Positions 34,757-47,356 of a DNA stretch of 48,503 nt are shown piece by piece. Within the stretch, counting starts at the first letter, position 1. Each line of letters opens with the position of its first letter. The stretch lies in NCBI RefSeq assembly GCF_006345805.1, contig NW_021834457.1, positions 1 to 48,503 on the forward strand, read 5' to 3'. This DNA is from Octopus sinensis (Eukaryota). The position numbers were made by a program, and so were the translations under genes. The notes beneath the pieces are model-generated. The model did not search any database, was not told where the DNA came from, and saw only the letters and a list, made by a program, of their open reading frames with translations.

Positions 34757-35019
34757 CGATGGGCTTCTTTCAGTTTCCGTCTACCAAATTCATTCATAAA
34801 GCTTTGGTCAGCCTGAGGCCTTCGTAGAAGACACTTGTCCAAGATGCCACACAGTGGGACTGAACCCGGAACCATGTGGTTTGGAAGCAAGCTTCTTACC
34901 ACACTGCCAAGCCTTCGTCCATATATATATATATATATATATAATATAATATATATATATACAATGGGTTTCTTTCAGTTTCCATCTACCAAATCCACTC
35001 ACATTTGGTTGGCCTGTGG

Positions 35020-35095
<76 letters not shown>

Positions 35096-35467
35096 ACTTC
35101 TTTCAGTTTCCGTCTACGAAATCCACTCACAAGGCATTGGTCGGCCCAAGACTATAGTAGAAGGCATTTACCCAAGATGCCACGCAGTGGGACTGAACCC
35201 GGAACCATGTGGTTGGTTAGCAAGCTACTTACCACACAGCCATGCATGAGACAACAATGAAAAACAGTGAGGACTGTTTAAGTTTTCCCAGGTACCAGGT
35301 CACTTCACTGATGTTGGTACCATGTTGACATTACAGAGCGAGGAAGACCCTCCTTCAGTCTTGTTGCAGACATGACCACCACTCTAGAACTGGTGCCATT
35401 CAGCCCATGCTAGCATGGAAAATTGACAGATGATAATGGTGGTGCAGGCTGAGTTCTTTCCAAGGAC

Positions 35468-36300
35468 TGTAAAAAGCACCCACTACACTCTCGGAGTGGT
35501 TGGCATTAGGAAGGGCATCCAGCTGTAGAAACTCTGCCAGATCAAGATTGGGGCCTGGTGCAGCCATCTGGTTCACCAGTCCTCAGTCAAAATCGTCCAA
35601 CCCATGCTAGCATGGAAAGCAGACGTTAAACGAACGCTGAACATTGAACTTCATTGAGTGGTTGGTGTTAAGAAGGGCATCCAGCCCTAGAAAAACCATG
35701 CCAAATCAAGACTGGAGTCTGGCACAGCCTTCCAGCATGCCAGCCCAGTCAGACCATCCAAACCATGCCAGCAGGGACAATGGACAATAAATAATGATGA
35801 TGATGGTGGTGGTGGTGATAGTGGTGGTGATGATGATGATGATGGTGGTGGCGGTGGTGGTGGTGGTGGTGGTGATAGTGGTCATCATCATCATCATCAT
35901 CGTTTAACGTCCGTTTTCCATGCTAGCATGGGTTGGACGATTTTGACTGAGGTCTGGCGAACCAGATGGCTCCACCAGGCTCCAGTCTGATCTGGCAGAG
36001 TTTCTACAGCTGGATGCCCTTCCTAATGCCAACCACTCCGCGAGTGTAGTGGGTGCTTTTTACGTGCCACCTGCACAGGTGCCAGGGGGGTCTGGCATCG
36101 GCCACGATCGGTTGGGGCTTTTAACGTGCCACCGGCACGGAAGCCAGCTACGGCAGCGCTGGCAATGGCCACGTTCGGATTGTGCTTTTTATGTGCCACC
36201 AGCACAGAAGCCAGTCGAGGTGGCGCTGGCAACGGCCACGTTCAGATGGTGCTTTTTATGTGCCACCAGCACAGAAGCCAGTCGGGGCGGCGCTGGGTAA
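35468..36300. mobile_element. Composite of family D copies in opposite orientations around a GGT/GAT microsatellite
   Basis: Plus-strand copies at 35468-35632 and 35655-35790. A minus-strand copy at 35883-36290 has 4-5 internal modules. Confidence 0.75.
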
Positions 36301-36682
36301 TGATGATGATGATGGTGGTGGTGATGATGATGAATGTGAATGAATAAGCGTTACATTTGACAAAGCATTCTGACTGCTAATTCGTTAAATGGGTTAATAA
36401 GCAAAGAAAAACAAATGAAAACGCATAAATTATGAAAATGTGACAGAAGTAATATATTCATGGTCATACTCAAAAACAATTATTTTGCATAAATTAATTA
36501 TTTACTCAAAGTGAAAAACAAACTTATCAGGAGTCACAACGATAATATCATCTAATTAATAATTAAACTTCATAAATTAATTTCAACAATAAACTCATTA
36601 ATAGAGGTCTCTGATTACCTCCTGCTTTGATGGAGAATTCACCCTCAGCACATAACCATTATTTAAGCCTCTGTTTTGTGCT

Positions 36683-37310
36683 CATCATCATTATCATCGT
36701 TTAACGTCCGTTTTCCATGCTAGCATGGGTTGGACGGTTCCAACCACCATCATCATCACCATCACCACTATCACACCACCACCACCACCACCACCATCAT
36801 CACCACCACCACCACCACCATCATCATCACCACTATCAACACCACCACCATCATCATCATTTATTGTCCATTGTCCCTGCTGGCATGGTTTGGATGGTCT
36901 GACTGGGCTGGCATGCTGGAAGGCTGTGCCAGACTCCAGTCTTGATTTGGCATGGTTTTTCTTATCTGGCAGTGTTTCTACAGCTGGATGCCCTTCCTAA
37001 CGCCAACCATTCCATGAGTGTAGTGGGTGCTTTTTACGTGCCACCTGCACAGGTGCCAGGCGAGGCTGGCAACAGCCACAATCAGATTGGTGCTTTTTAT
37101 GTGCCACCAGCACAGAAGCCAGTCGAGGCGGCGCTGGCATTGGCCACATTCGGATGGTGCCTTTTACGTGCCATCGGCACAGGGATCACAGCTGCAATTT
37201 CAATTGATTTTTGATGTTGATGTACTTGACTCAATGGATCTCCTCAAGCGCAGGGTTGAAACGGTGTTTCTTTACTTGCCACCTGCACAGGAGTCAGTCG
37301 AGAGGCACTG
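36683..37310 (-). mobile_element. Family D element with an internal inverted-duplication insert
   Basis: The D core is interrupted between ggacggtt (about 36740) and atctggcagtg (about 36964). Confidence 0.75.
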
Positions 37311-37699
37311 GCAACTGCTGGGTGCCAGTCGTAGGATTGGTTCAATTTCAATTCTGATTTTATTGCTGTTTATTGTAATCCTTTACATTCTGGGTTCAAA
37401 TCCTGCGAGGTTCAACTTCACGTTTCATTCCTTGAGGGTCAGTGAAATGAATTACCAACCAAGTACTAAGTACCTGGTTATATTGGTGACCAACCACTAC
37501 TACCCCATTCCTAAAACATTTGCTGGCCTTATTCCTAAATTAGAAACCTTAATTAAATAGGTTTGGCAACATGGCTTCTTAGTTCAGTCCCAGTGCATGG
37601 CTCCTTAGGCAAGTGTCTTCCTCTATAGCCCTAGGCTGACCTAAGCTTTGTGAGTGGATTCGGTAGATGGAAGCTAAAAGAAGCCCATCATATATATAT

Positions 37700-38104
37700 A
37701 CTCTCTTTTACTCTTTTACATGTTTCAGTCATTTGACTGCGGCCATGCTGGAGCACCGCCTTTAGTCGAGCAACTCGACCCCGGGACTTATTCTTTGTAA
37801 GCCCAGTACTTATTCTATCAGTCTCTTTTGCCAAACCACTAAGTGACGGGGACATAAACACACCAGCATCGGTTGTCAAGCAATGCTAGGGGGACAAACA
37901 CACACACACACACACATACACACACATACATATATACATATATACGACGGGCTTCTTTCAGTTTCCGTCTACCAAATCCACTCACAAGGCATTGGTCGGC
38001 CTGGGGCTATAGCAGAAGACACTTGCCCAAGATGCCATGCAGTGGGACTGAACCTGGAACCATGTGGTTGGTTAGCAAGCTACTTACCACACAGCCACTC
38101 CTAC
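37700..38104 (-). mobile_element. SINE family A
   Basis: Full-length reverse copy in TRAPPC3 intron 4. Confidence 0.9.
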
Positions 38105-38421
38105 GTCTAAACGATAAACGTCGCCCTTTTCAAACCTAGCCAGGCTCATGGGCCCAGTTTCCCGGTTTCTGTGGCGTATGCGTTACCCCCAGCTGGATGG
38201 GACGCCAGTCCGCAGCATTACTCAAGAAACAGGAAGAGTGAGAGAGAGAAAGTTGTGGTGAAAGAGTACAACAGGGGTCACCACCACCCCCTGCTGAAGC
38301 CTTGTGGAGCTTTTAGGTGTTTTCGCTCAATAAACACACACAACGCCCGGTCTGGGAATCGAAACCATGATCCTTCGACCACGAGTCTGCTGCCCTAACC
38401 ACTGGGCCATTGCGCCTCCAC
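38105..38421 (-). mobile_element. SINE family C variant 3 (same head, third 3' part with a V-domain-like motif)
   Basis: The minus strand contains ctgcggactggcgtcccatccagc (38215-38192) and gccacagaaaccggg. Confidence 0.7.
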
Positions 38422-38461
<40 letters not shown>

Positions 38462-38701
38462 CTATGTTTATCCCCCAGAATCACCATCACCCCCCACCAC
38501 TTGACACCAGGTGTTGGTGTGTTTATGTCCCTCATGACTTAACAGTTTAGCAAAAGAGACCAATAGAATACATACCAGGCTTTAAAAAAATAAAAAATAG
38601 TCTTTTCAGTCATCTGACTAAAAATTCTTTGAGGTGGCGCCAGCATGGCCACAGTCTAATGACCGAAAAAGAAGCAAAAGATGAGAGAGAAAAGCAAGAT
38701 A

Positions 38702-39096
38702 GGCGCAGGAGTGGCTGCGTGGTAAGTAGCTTGCCTACCAACCACATGGTTCCGGGTTCAGTCCCACTGCATGGTATCTTGGGCAAGTGTCTTCTACTAT
38801 AGCCCCAGGCCGACCAATGCCTTGTGAGTGGATTTGGTAGACGGAAACTGAAAGAAGCCTGTCGTATATATATATGTATATATGTTTGTGCTTGTGTGTC
38901 TGTGTTTGTCCCCCTAGCATTGCTTGACAACCGATGCTGGTGTGTTTACGTCCCCGTCACTTAGCGGTTTGGTAAAAGTGACCGATAGAATAAGTACTGG
39001 GCTTACAAAAGAATAAGTCCCGGGGTCGAGTTGCTCGACTAAAGGCGGTGCTCCAGCATGGCCGCAGTCAAATGACTGAAACAAGTAAAAGAGTAA
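38702..39096 (+). mobile_element. SINE family A
   Basis: Full-length copy ending 45 nt before the TRAPPC3 exon 5 acceptor. Confidence 0.9.
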
Positions 39097-39141
39097 TAAT
39101 TTCACTGTTCACCTGTTTCGTGTCCCCTTTTTCTTTTGCAG

Positions 39142-39261
39142 GTGCAAATGGACGTCGACGTGAAAGTTGTGCAGGATCAACTGAAGGGAGACAGTATAAC
39201 AGAACTCCGATTGAAATTCATCAAACGTCTCGAGGACGCGTTACCCGCCGGGGAGGACTAG
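39142..39261 (+). CDS. TRAPPC3: TRAPPC3 last exon (VQMDVDVKVVQDQLKGDSITELRLKFIKRLEDALPAGED*)
   Basis: Matches the human C-terminus VQMAVEAKFVQDTLKGDGVTEIRMRFIRRIEDNLPAGEE as recalled. Acceptor tttttcttttgcag, stop TAG at 39259-39261. Confidence 0.97.
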   Translation: MQMDVDVKVVQDQLKGDSITELRLKFIKRLEDALPAGED

Positions 39262-39365
39262 CGAGTTCCCTTTTTTTTTGTTTTTTTTACCTTGTTGTTT
39301 TTTTTTCTTTTTCCATTTCTTTCTGTTCAGTTTTTTTTTTTAAATATTTTTTATTTGTTTATTTG

Positions 39366-39438
39366 AATAAATTATTATCTCTATTCCACTTTCCAAAAAG
39401 ATAATACACCAATCAGACTTCTGACTCTTATTAATAAA
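39366..39438 (+). terminator. Candidate TRAPPC3 polyadenylation signals (AATAAA 39366-39371 and 39433-39438)
   Basis: Canonical hexamers 105 and 172 nt after the stop, in a U-rich UTR. Confidence 0.6.
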
Positions 39439-39496
39439 AAATTCTTTTGAAAAACATTAAAAAAAATTTTTAAAATCCCCCAGTACATTTCATACA

Positions 39497-39554
<58 letters not shown>

Positions 39555-39557
39555 TAC

Positions 39558-39593
<36 letters not shown>

Positions 39594-39606
39594 CATTATT
39601 ATTATT
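39497..39606. repeat. (ATT)n microsatellite, about 110 bp, just past the TRAPPC3 polyA signals
   Basis: Direct inspection. Confidence 0.95.
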
Positions 39607-40196
39607 GAGTGAGAGAGCAGTGCATGCCATCAAAGGACACTGGGGGTAAAATATACAAAGCCCAATAACCCATCATGACTACCCGTCTGATAAGGGTACA
39701 CCAGGTACATGCATCACAACCATATGTGGGCGACATGGTGATCTCATATCAAGATAAACAGCGCATGACCTTGCAGGTGGGGCCCAGTTAGAATTTTCTT
39801 CTGGTCGAGTAGCCCATCCCGCTCAAAAGTTCCCTGAATAAGGGTTGTTTAAGGATGTTGAAAGAACCACCCATGTTTCCTGAAGTGAATTATTCAAACC
39901 CCAAAGAATCCCTCTCAACACATGGCTATGATGCACCCCCACTACTTCTGCTCGTGATCAGAGATGCACATATCGTCAACCACCAAGGCACATGCTCAAC
40001 TGGTTAAGGTCAAACAACTGACAAGCAAATCTGTGGTGTTGAGCAGAATATTTGCTGTAGCCCATCTTTTATACCAAGACGAAACAATGTACATGATAAC
40101 ACTTCCAATCAGTTAAGATCAGAAGCCAAGGGAGCCACTACCTGGTACTGCGTCAGGGCATGTGGTATTATTATTATTTTTATTATTATTATTATT

Positions 40197-40753
40197 AAGG
40201 CAGAAACATTAGCACGCCAGGCGAAATGCTTGGTGGTATTTCGTCTGCCACTACATTCTGAGTTCAAATTCTGCCGAGGTCGATTTTGCCCTTCATCCTT
40301 TCGGGGTCGATTAAATAAGTACCAGTTACGCACTGGGGTCGGTGTAATCGACTTAATCCGTTTGTCTGTCCTTGTTTGTCCTCTCTGCGTTTAGCCTCTT
40401 GTGGGTAGTAAAGAAATAGGTATTTCGTCTGCCGCTACGTTCTGAGTTCAAATTCCACCAAGGTCGACTTTGCCTTTCATCCTTTCGGGGTCAATTAAAT
40501 AAGTACCAGTTACGCACTGGGGTCGATATGATCAACTTAATCCATTTGTCCTCTCTATGTTTAGCCCCTTATGGGTAGTAAAAGAAATAGGTATTTCATC
40601 TGTCGCTATGTTCTGAGTTCAAATTCCGCCAAGGTCAACTTTGCCTTTCATCCTTTCAGGGTCAATAAATTAAGTACCAGTTGGATACTGGGGTCATTGT
40701 AATTGACTTTGCCCCTCCCCCACCAAATTTCAGGCCTTGTGCCTATAATAGAA

Positions 40754-40786
<33 letters not shown>

Positions 40787-41290
40787 GTGATGAGCTGGTA
40801 GAATCGTTAGCACGCTGGGCAAAATGCTCAACGGTATTTCACCTGTCGTTACATTCTGAGTTCAAATTCCACCAAGGTCGACTTTACCTTTCATCCTTTT
40901 GGAGTCGATAAATTAAGTACCAGTTACGCACTGGGGTCGATGTAATCGACTAATCCTCTCCCCCAAATTTCAGGTCTTCTGCCTTAAGCAGAGAGGATTT
41001 TTGTTATTATTAAGGTGACAAACTAGCAGAATCATAATACGTCAGCTGAAATGCGTAGCCGTATTTCGTCTGCCGTTACGTTCTGAGTTCAAACCCCACA
41101 GAGGTCAACTTCGCCTTTCATCCTTTTGGAGCCAATAAATTAAGTACCAGTTGCGTACAGGGGTCGATCAAATCGACTGCCCACCCCCACCTTGCCCAAA
41201 ATTTCAGGCCTTGTGCCTATAGTAGAAAGGATTATTATTATTATTATTATTAAGGCGGCGAACTGATAGAATCAGCTTAAATATTGATTT
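40197..41290 (+). mobile_element. Cluster of SINE family B copies (a trimer plus two monomers separated by (ATT)n)
   Basis: Repeated gtatttcgtctgcc...gagttcaaattcc...ggggtcgat body. Junctions gaaatag|gtatttc at about 40418 and 40590. Confidence 0.85.
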
Positions 41291-41872
41291 CAAATTTTTG
41301 CGCAAGGCCTGCAATTTCGGAAGAGGGGCTAAGTCAATTTCATCGACCCAACCCGACCCTCCCCTCCCTGTGTTCAATGGGTACTTATTTTATCAACCCC
41401 TAAAAGGACGGAAGGCAAGGTCAACTCGGCAGAATTTAAACTCGGAATGTAAAGACCGACAGATTCATCATCATCGTTTAACGTCCATCTTCCATGCATG
41501 CATGGGTAGGACAGCTGAGAGGAGAGGAATTGGCCAGGTAGAAAAACTACCCAAGGCTACTCTATCTGTTTTGGCAGGGTTTTTACTGCTGGATGCCCTT
41601 CATAAAACCAAACACTCTGCAGAGTGGACTCGGTGCTTTTTATGTGGCACAGGCAAAGATAGTTTTGGCATGATCTAGACCAGTTGGATGCCATTCCAAG
41701 TGCCAACCACTTCACAGTGTGGACTGGGTGCTTTTTACATGGCACCAACACTGGCAGGGTCACCAAGTACCTTGCAAGACAAGGAATCTTTGAGAAGGGA
41801 CAGGACATTGGAGGAGGTGATCTTTATAGTTTTAAGCAATCAACATGCATTTAATGCAAAAAAAAAGTAAAC

Positions 41873-44441
41873 AGGAGTGGCTGTGTGGTAAGTAGCTTGC
41901 TAACCAACCACATGGTTCCGGGTTCAGTCCCACTGCGTGGCACCTTGGTCAAGTGTCTCTGCTATAGCCCCGGGCGACCGACCAATGCCTTGTGAGTGGA
42001 TTTGGTTGACGGAAATGAAAGAAGAAGCCTGTTGTATATATGTATATAGGTGCAGAGTGGCTGTGTGGTAAGTAGCTTGCTAACCAACCACATGTTTCCG
42101 GGTTCAGTCCCACTGCGTGGCACCTTGGTCAAGTGTCTTCTGCTATAGCCCCGGGCCGACCAATGCCTTGTGAGTGGATTTGGTTGACGGAAACTGAAAG
42201 AAGCCTGTCGTATATATATATATATATATATATACATATATATATACAGGAGTGGCTGTGTGGTAAGTAGCTTGCTAACCAACCACATGGTTCCGGGTTC
42301 AGTCCCACTGCGTGGCACCTTGGTCAAGTGTCTTCTGCTATAGCCCCGGCCCCCGACCAAGCCTTTGAGTGGATTTGGTTGACGGAAACTGAAAGAAGCC
42401 TGTTGTATATATGTATATAGGTGCAGGAGTGGCTGTGTGGTAAGTAGCTTGCTTACCAACCACATGGTTCCGGGTTCAGTCCCACTGCGTGGCACCTTGG
42501 TCAAGTGTCTTCTGCTATAGCCCCGGGCCGACCAATGCCTTGTGAGTGGATTTGGTTGACGGAAACTGAAAGAAGCCTGTTGTATATATGTATATAGGTG
42601 CAGGAGTGGCTGTGTGGTAAGTAGCTTGCTAACCAACCACATGGTTCCGGGTTCAGTCCCACTGCATGGCACCTTGGTCAAGTGTCTTCTGCTATAGCCC
42701 CGGGCCGACCAATGCCTTGTGAGTGGATTTGGTTGACGGAAACTGAAAGAAGCCTGTTGTATATAGTATATAGGTGCAGGAGTGGCTGTGTGTGGTAAGT
42801 AGCTTGCTAACCAACCACATGGTTCCGGGTTCAGTCCCACTGCGTGGCACCTTGGTCAAGTGTCTTCTGCTATAGCCCCGGGCCCCCCCGACCAATGCCT
42901 TGTGAGTGGATTTGGTTGACGGAAACTGAAAGAAGCCTGTCGTATATATATATATATATATATATACATATATATATACAGGAGTGGCTGTGTGGTAAGT
43001 AGCTTGCTAACCAACCACATGGTTCGGGTTCAGTCCCACTGCGTGGCACCTTGGTCAAGTGTCTTCTGCTATAGCCCCGGGCACCGACCAATGCCTTGTG
43101 AGTGGATTTGGTTGACGGAAACTGAAAGAAGCCTGTGTATATATGTATAGGTGCAGGAGTGGCTGTGTGGTAAGTAGCTTGCTTACCAACCACATGGTTC
43201 CGGGGTCAGTCCCACTGCGTGGCACCTTGGTCAAGTGTCTTCTGCTATAGCCCCGGGCCGACCAATGCCTTGTGAGTGGATTTGGTTGACGGAAACTGAA
43301 AGAAGCCTGTTGTATATATGTATATAGGTGCAGGAGTGGCTGTGTGGTAAGTAGCTTGCTAACCAACCACATGGTTCCGGGTTCAGTCCCACTGCGTGGC
43401 ACCTTGGTCAAGTGTCTTCTGCTATAGCCCCGGGCCGACCAATGCCTTGTGAGTGGATTTGGTTGACGGAAACTGAAAGAAGCCTGTTGTATATATGTAT
43501 ATAGGTGCAGGAGTGGCTGTGTGGTAAGTAGCTTGCTAACCAACCACATGGTTCCGGGTTCAGTCCCACTGCGTGGCACCTTGGTCAAGTGTCTTCTGCT
43601 ATAGCCCCGGGCCGACCAATGCCTTGTGAGTGGATTTGGTTGACGGAAACTGAAAGAAGCCTGTCGTATATATATATATATATATATATACATATATATA
43701 TACAGGAGTGGCTGTGTGGTAAGTAGCTTGCTAACCAACCACATGGTTCCGGGTTCAGTCCCACTGCGTGGCACTTGGTCAGTGTCTTCTTCTGCTATAG
43801 CCCCGGGCCGACCAATGCCTTGTGAGTGGATTTGGTTGACGGAAACTGAAAGAAGCCTGTTGTATATATGTATATAGGTGCAGGAGTGGCTGTGTGGTAA
43901 GTAGCTTGCTTACCAACCACATGGTTCCGGGTTCAGTCCCACTGCGTGGCACCTTGGGCAAGTGTCTTCTGCTATAGCCCTGGGCCGACCAATGCCTTGT
44001 GAGTGGATTTGGTTGACGGAAACTGAAGAAGCCTGTTGTATATATGTATATAGGTGCAGGAGTGGCTGTGTGGTAAGTAGCTTGCTAACCAACCACATGG
44101 TTCCGGGTTCAGTCCCACTGCGTGGCATCTTGGGCAAGTGTCTTCTGCTATAGCCCTTTCGCGGCTGACCAATGCCTTGTGAGTGGATTTGGTTGACTGA
44201 CACTGAAAGAAGCCTTCCTATATATGTTATATCTATATATATGTATGGTGTGTCTGTGTTTGTCCCCCTAGCATTGCTTGACAACCAATGCTGGTGTGTT
44301 TACGTCCCCGTCACTTAGCGGTTCGGCAAAAGAGACCGATAGAATAAGTACTGGGCTTACAAGTCCTGGGGTCAATTTGCTCGACTAAAGGCGGTGCTCC
44401 AGCATGGCCGCAGTCAAATGACTGAAACAAGTAAATGAGTA
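41873..44441 (+). repeat. Tandem array of 13 SINE A head halves (~177 bp) followed by one 3' half, with a 4-mer higher-order repeat
   Basis: Unit starts at 41873, 42054, 42248, 42425, 42602, 42778, 42980, 43155, 43332, 43509, 43704, 43882 and 44058. Confidence 0.95.
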
Positions 44442-45004
44442 ACACATTTTGCTTTTCGTAAACACATGGTTTATAACAGGAGAGTGCGAACGCTTGGCTT
44501 ATTACTATGGAAACAGGCACCTATATGTCAGTGGCTTTCTTAAAAAGCTGTTAACTATTTATTGATTTATGATGAAAATGAATTTCATGTCAATAATTAC
44601 CATACAAATCTACATCCACACACAAAATTTGAAATCGATTGGAACAAAATTGAAGAAATTGAAATGCTGCAGCCCTACAGAAAAGATCCCAAGACCCATC
44701 ACAACGAATAGAAACTTCGGAAACATTCTTCAGTAGGGAAGGTTATGGTTGGAACACAATCATTATACTTATCAATAAAATATCATTGTCTCACCCACCA
44801 AATATGAATGTCATGTGACCAGACCCCCTTAAAGGGTAATTGCATGGTAGTGTGGACTTCGTACATAGCAACCAGTGAGGTCCTTTCTTAATGAATACGG
44901 GCCCCACTGCCACTGAGGGTTTTTCTGAAGGTTCCATTTGATCCAATCATCGGAAATTAACGCGCACGTGGTTGAGTATTCCACAGATGCATACCTTCAA
45001 TGTA

Positions 45005-45343
45005 GTGGAGGCGCAATGGTCCAGTGGTTAGGGCAGCGGACTCGCGGTTGTAGGATCGCGGTTTCTCCCAGACCGGGCGTTGTGAGTGTTTATTGAGCGA
45101 AATCACCTAAATCTCCACGAGGCTCCGGCAGGGGATGGTGGTGATCCCTGCTGTAGTCTTTCACCACAACTTTCTCTCACTCTTACTTCCTGTTTCTGTT
45201 GTACCTGTATTTCAAAGGGCCGGCCTTGTCACTCTCTGTGTCACGCTGAATATCCCTGAGAACTACGTTAAGGGTGCACTTGTCTGTGGAGTGCTCAGCC
45301 ACTTACACGTTGATCTCACGAGCAGGCTGTTCCGTTGATTCGG
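45005..45343 (+). mobile_element. SINE family C (3' truncated, fused to SINE B)
   Basis: Head and body in sense orientation. Breaks at gattcgga. Confidence 0.88.
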
Positions 45344-45753
45344 AGCTGGCAGAAACGTTAGCACGCCGGACGAAATGCGTAGCAGTATTTCGCCTGCCGT
45401 TACATTCTGAGTTCAAATTCCGCCGAGGTCGACTTTGCCTTTCATCCTTTTGGGGTCGATAAATTAAGTACTAGCTACGCACTGGGGGTCGATGTAATCG
45501 ACTTAATCCGTCTGTCTGTTCTTGTTTGTCCCCTCTGTGTTTAGCCCCTTGTGGGTAGTAAAGAAATAGGTATTTTCGTCTGCCGTTACGTTCTGAGTTC
45601 AAATTCCGCCGAGGTCGACTTTGCCTTTCATCCTTTCGGGATCGATAAATAAGTACCAGTTACGCACTGGGGTCGATGTACTCGACTTAATCCGTCTGTC
45701 TGTTCTTGTTTGTCCCCTCTGTGTTTAGCCCCTTGTGGGTAGTAAAGAAATAG
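45344..45753 (+). mobile_element. SINE family B dimer fused to the 3' end of a SINE C
   Basis: Dimer junction gaaatag|gtattttcgtctg at about 45569. Confidence 0.85.
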
Positions 45754-45928
45754 GTGCGTTGAGGGGAGAAAGACGGGAAAGAAACTTGATTGTTGGGGGC
45801 AATTAGAGTTGATAGTTTTGCACAAGTTTAGAGCAAGATCGGACCCGCAAAGCAGTGGCCCTTTTTCAGACATAAATACACTGGTTCTTTAAAGCTTTAA
45901 TGTTAAAATAACAAAGACAAAGATGGAT

Positions 45929-46312
45929 GGAAGCACTCCGTCGGTTACGACGATGAGGGTTCCGGTTGATCCGAATCAACGGAACAGCCTGCTCGTGAAA
46001 TTAACGTGTAAGTAGCTGAGCACTCCACAGACACGTGTACCCTTAACGCAGTTCTCGGGGATATTCAGCGTGACACAGAGAGTGACAAGGCCGGCCCTTT
46101 GAAATACAGGTACAACAGAAACAGGAAGTAAGAGTGAGAGAAAGTTGTGGTGAAAGAGTACAACAGGGATCACCACCATCCCCTGCCGGAGCCTCGTGGA
46201 GCTTTAGGTGTTTTCGCTCAATAAACACTCACAACGCCCGGTCTGGGAATCGAAACCGCGATCCTACGACCGCGAGTCCGCTGCCCTAACCACTGGGCCA
46301 TTGCGCCTCCAC
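45929..46312 (-). mobile_element. SINE family C with 11-bp TSD
   Basis: TSD aagacaaagat at 45914-45924 and 46314-46324. Confidence 0.92.
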
Positions 46313-46724
46313 TAAGACAAAGATAACAACACCAAAGCAGACGATAATGACAAAACGACCCAACGACATGGGAACTTGTGCAGACGTTAATGAAGATATT
46401 GACATTTGTCGTGTTACGATTGTTTAATTAGTTGAAATCAGAGATAAAATTCTCCATGTGATATCGGGTGTTTATATTTATGTAATTACAAATCTAGTCA
46501 TTCCACGCAATCTTACCTGTATTTCATGTCAACAACAGCTGCTAGTGACGTCATTTATTTACTCAGACAAACAAACAAACAATGTGTGAGGCTTGGAATT
46601 CTCTAAGTTTCTCTCTGTGTTTCTTCTATCAAAATTCGTTGGGGATTTAAAGCGACGTAATTTAAGTTCACGTTGTTTACCACTTTTAGGTGCACTGCGC
46701 ATACACACACACGCACAACTACAT

Positions 46725-46763
46725 ATGTATGTATATATGTGTGTATGTATGTATGTATGTATG

Positions 46764-46797
<34 letters not shown>

Positions 46798-47356
46798 TGT
46801 ATGTATGTGTGTATGTATGTATGTATGTATATATGTGTGTATGTATGTATGTATCTGTATGTATGTATGTATGTGTGTATGTGTGTACGTATGTATGTGT
46901 GTATGTATGTATGTATATATGTATGTATGTATGTATATATGTATGTGTGTACGTATGTATGTATGTATGTATGTATGTATGTATGTATGTATGTGTGAAT
47001 GTATATATGTGTGTATGTATGTATGTACGTATGTGTGTATGTATGTATGTAGTTGTATGTATGTATGTATGTATGTATGGTGTGTATGTATGTGTATGTA
47101 TGTATGTATGTATGTATGTATGTATGTGTGTATGTAGTATGTATGTATATATGTGTGTATGTATGTATGATCTGTATGTATGATGTATGTGTGTATGTGT
47201 GTACGTAGTTGTGTGTATGTATGTATGTATATATGTATGTATGTATGTAGATATGTATGTGTGTAGTATGTATGTATGTATGATGTATGTATGTATGTAT
47301 GTGTGAATGTATGTATGTGTGTATGTATGTATGTACGTATGTGTGTATGTATGTAT
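46725..47356. repeat. Degenerate (TATG)n microsatellite, about 630 bp
   Basis: Direct inspection. It generates the spurious HTYI and CMYV ORFs. Confidence 0.95.

Noticed and set aside
39607-40180. About 570-bp segment flanked by (ATT)n that looks like an interspersed repeat
   Set aside because: Single copy in this window with no ORF or termini to classify it. It needs a library search.
41962-43961. 292-aa, 239-aa and other repetitive ORFs on the minus strand
   Set aside because: Antisense translations of the SINE-head array. The same peptide appears from every SINE A copy.
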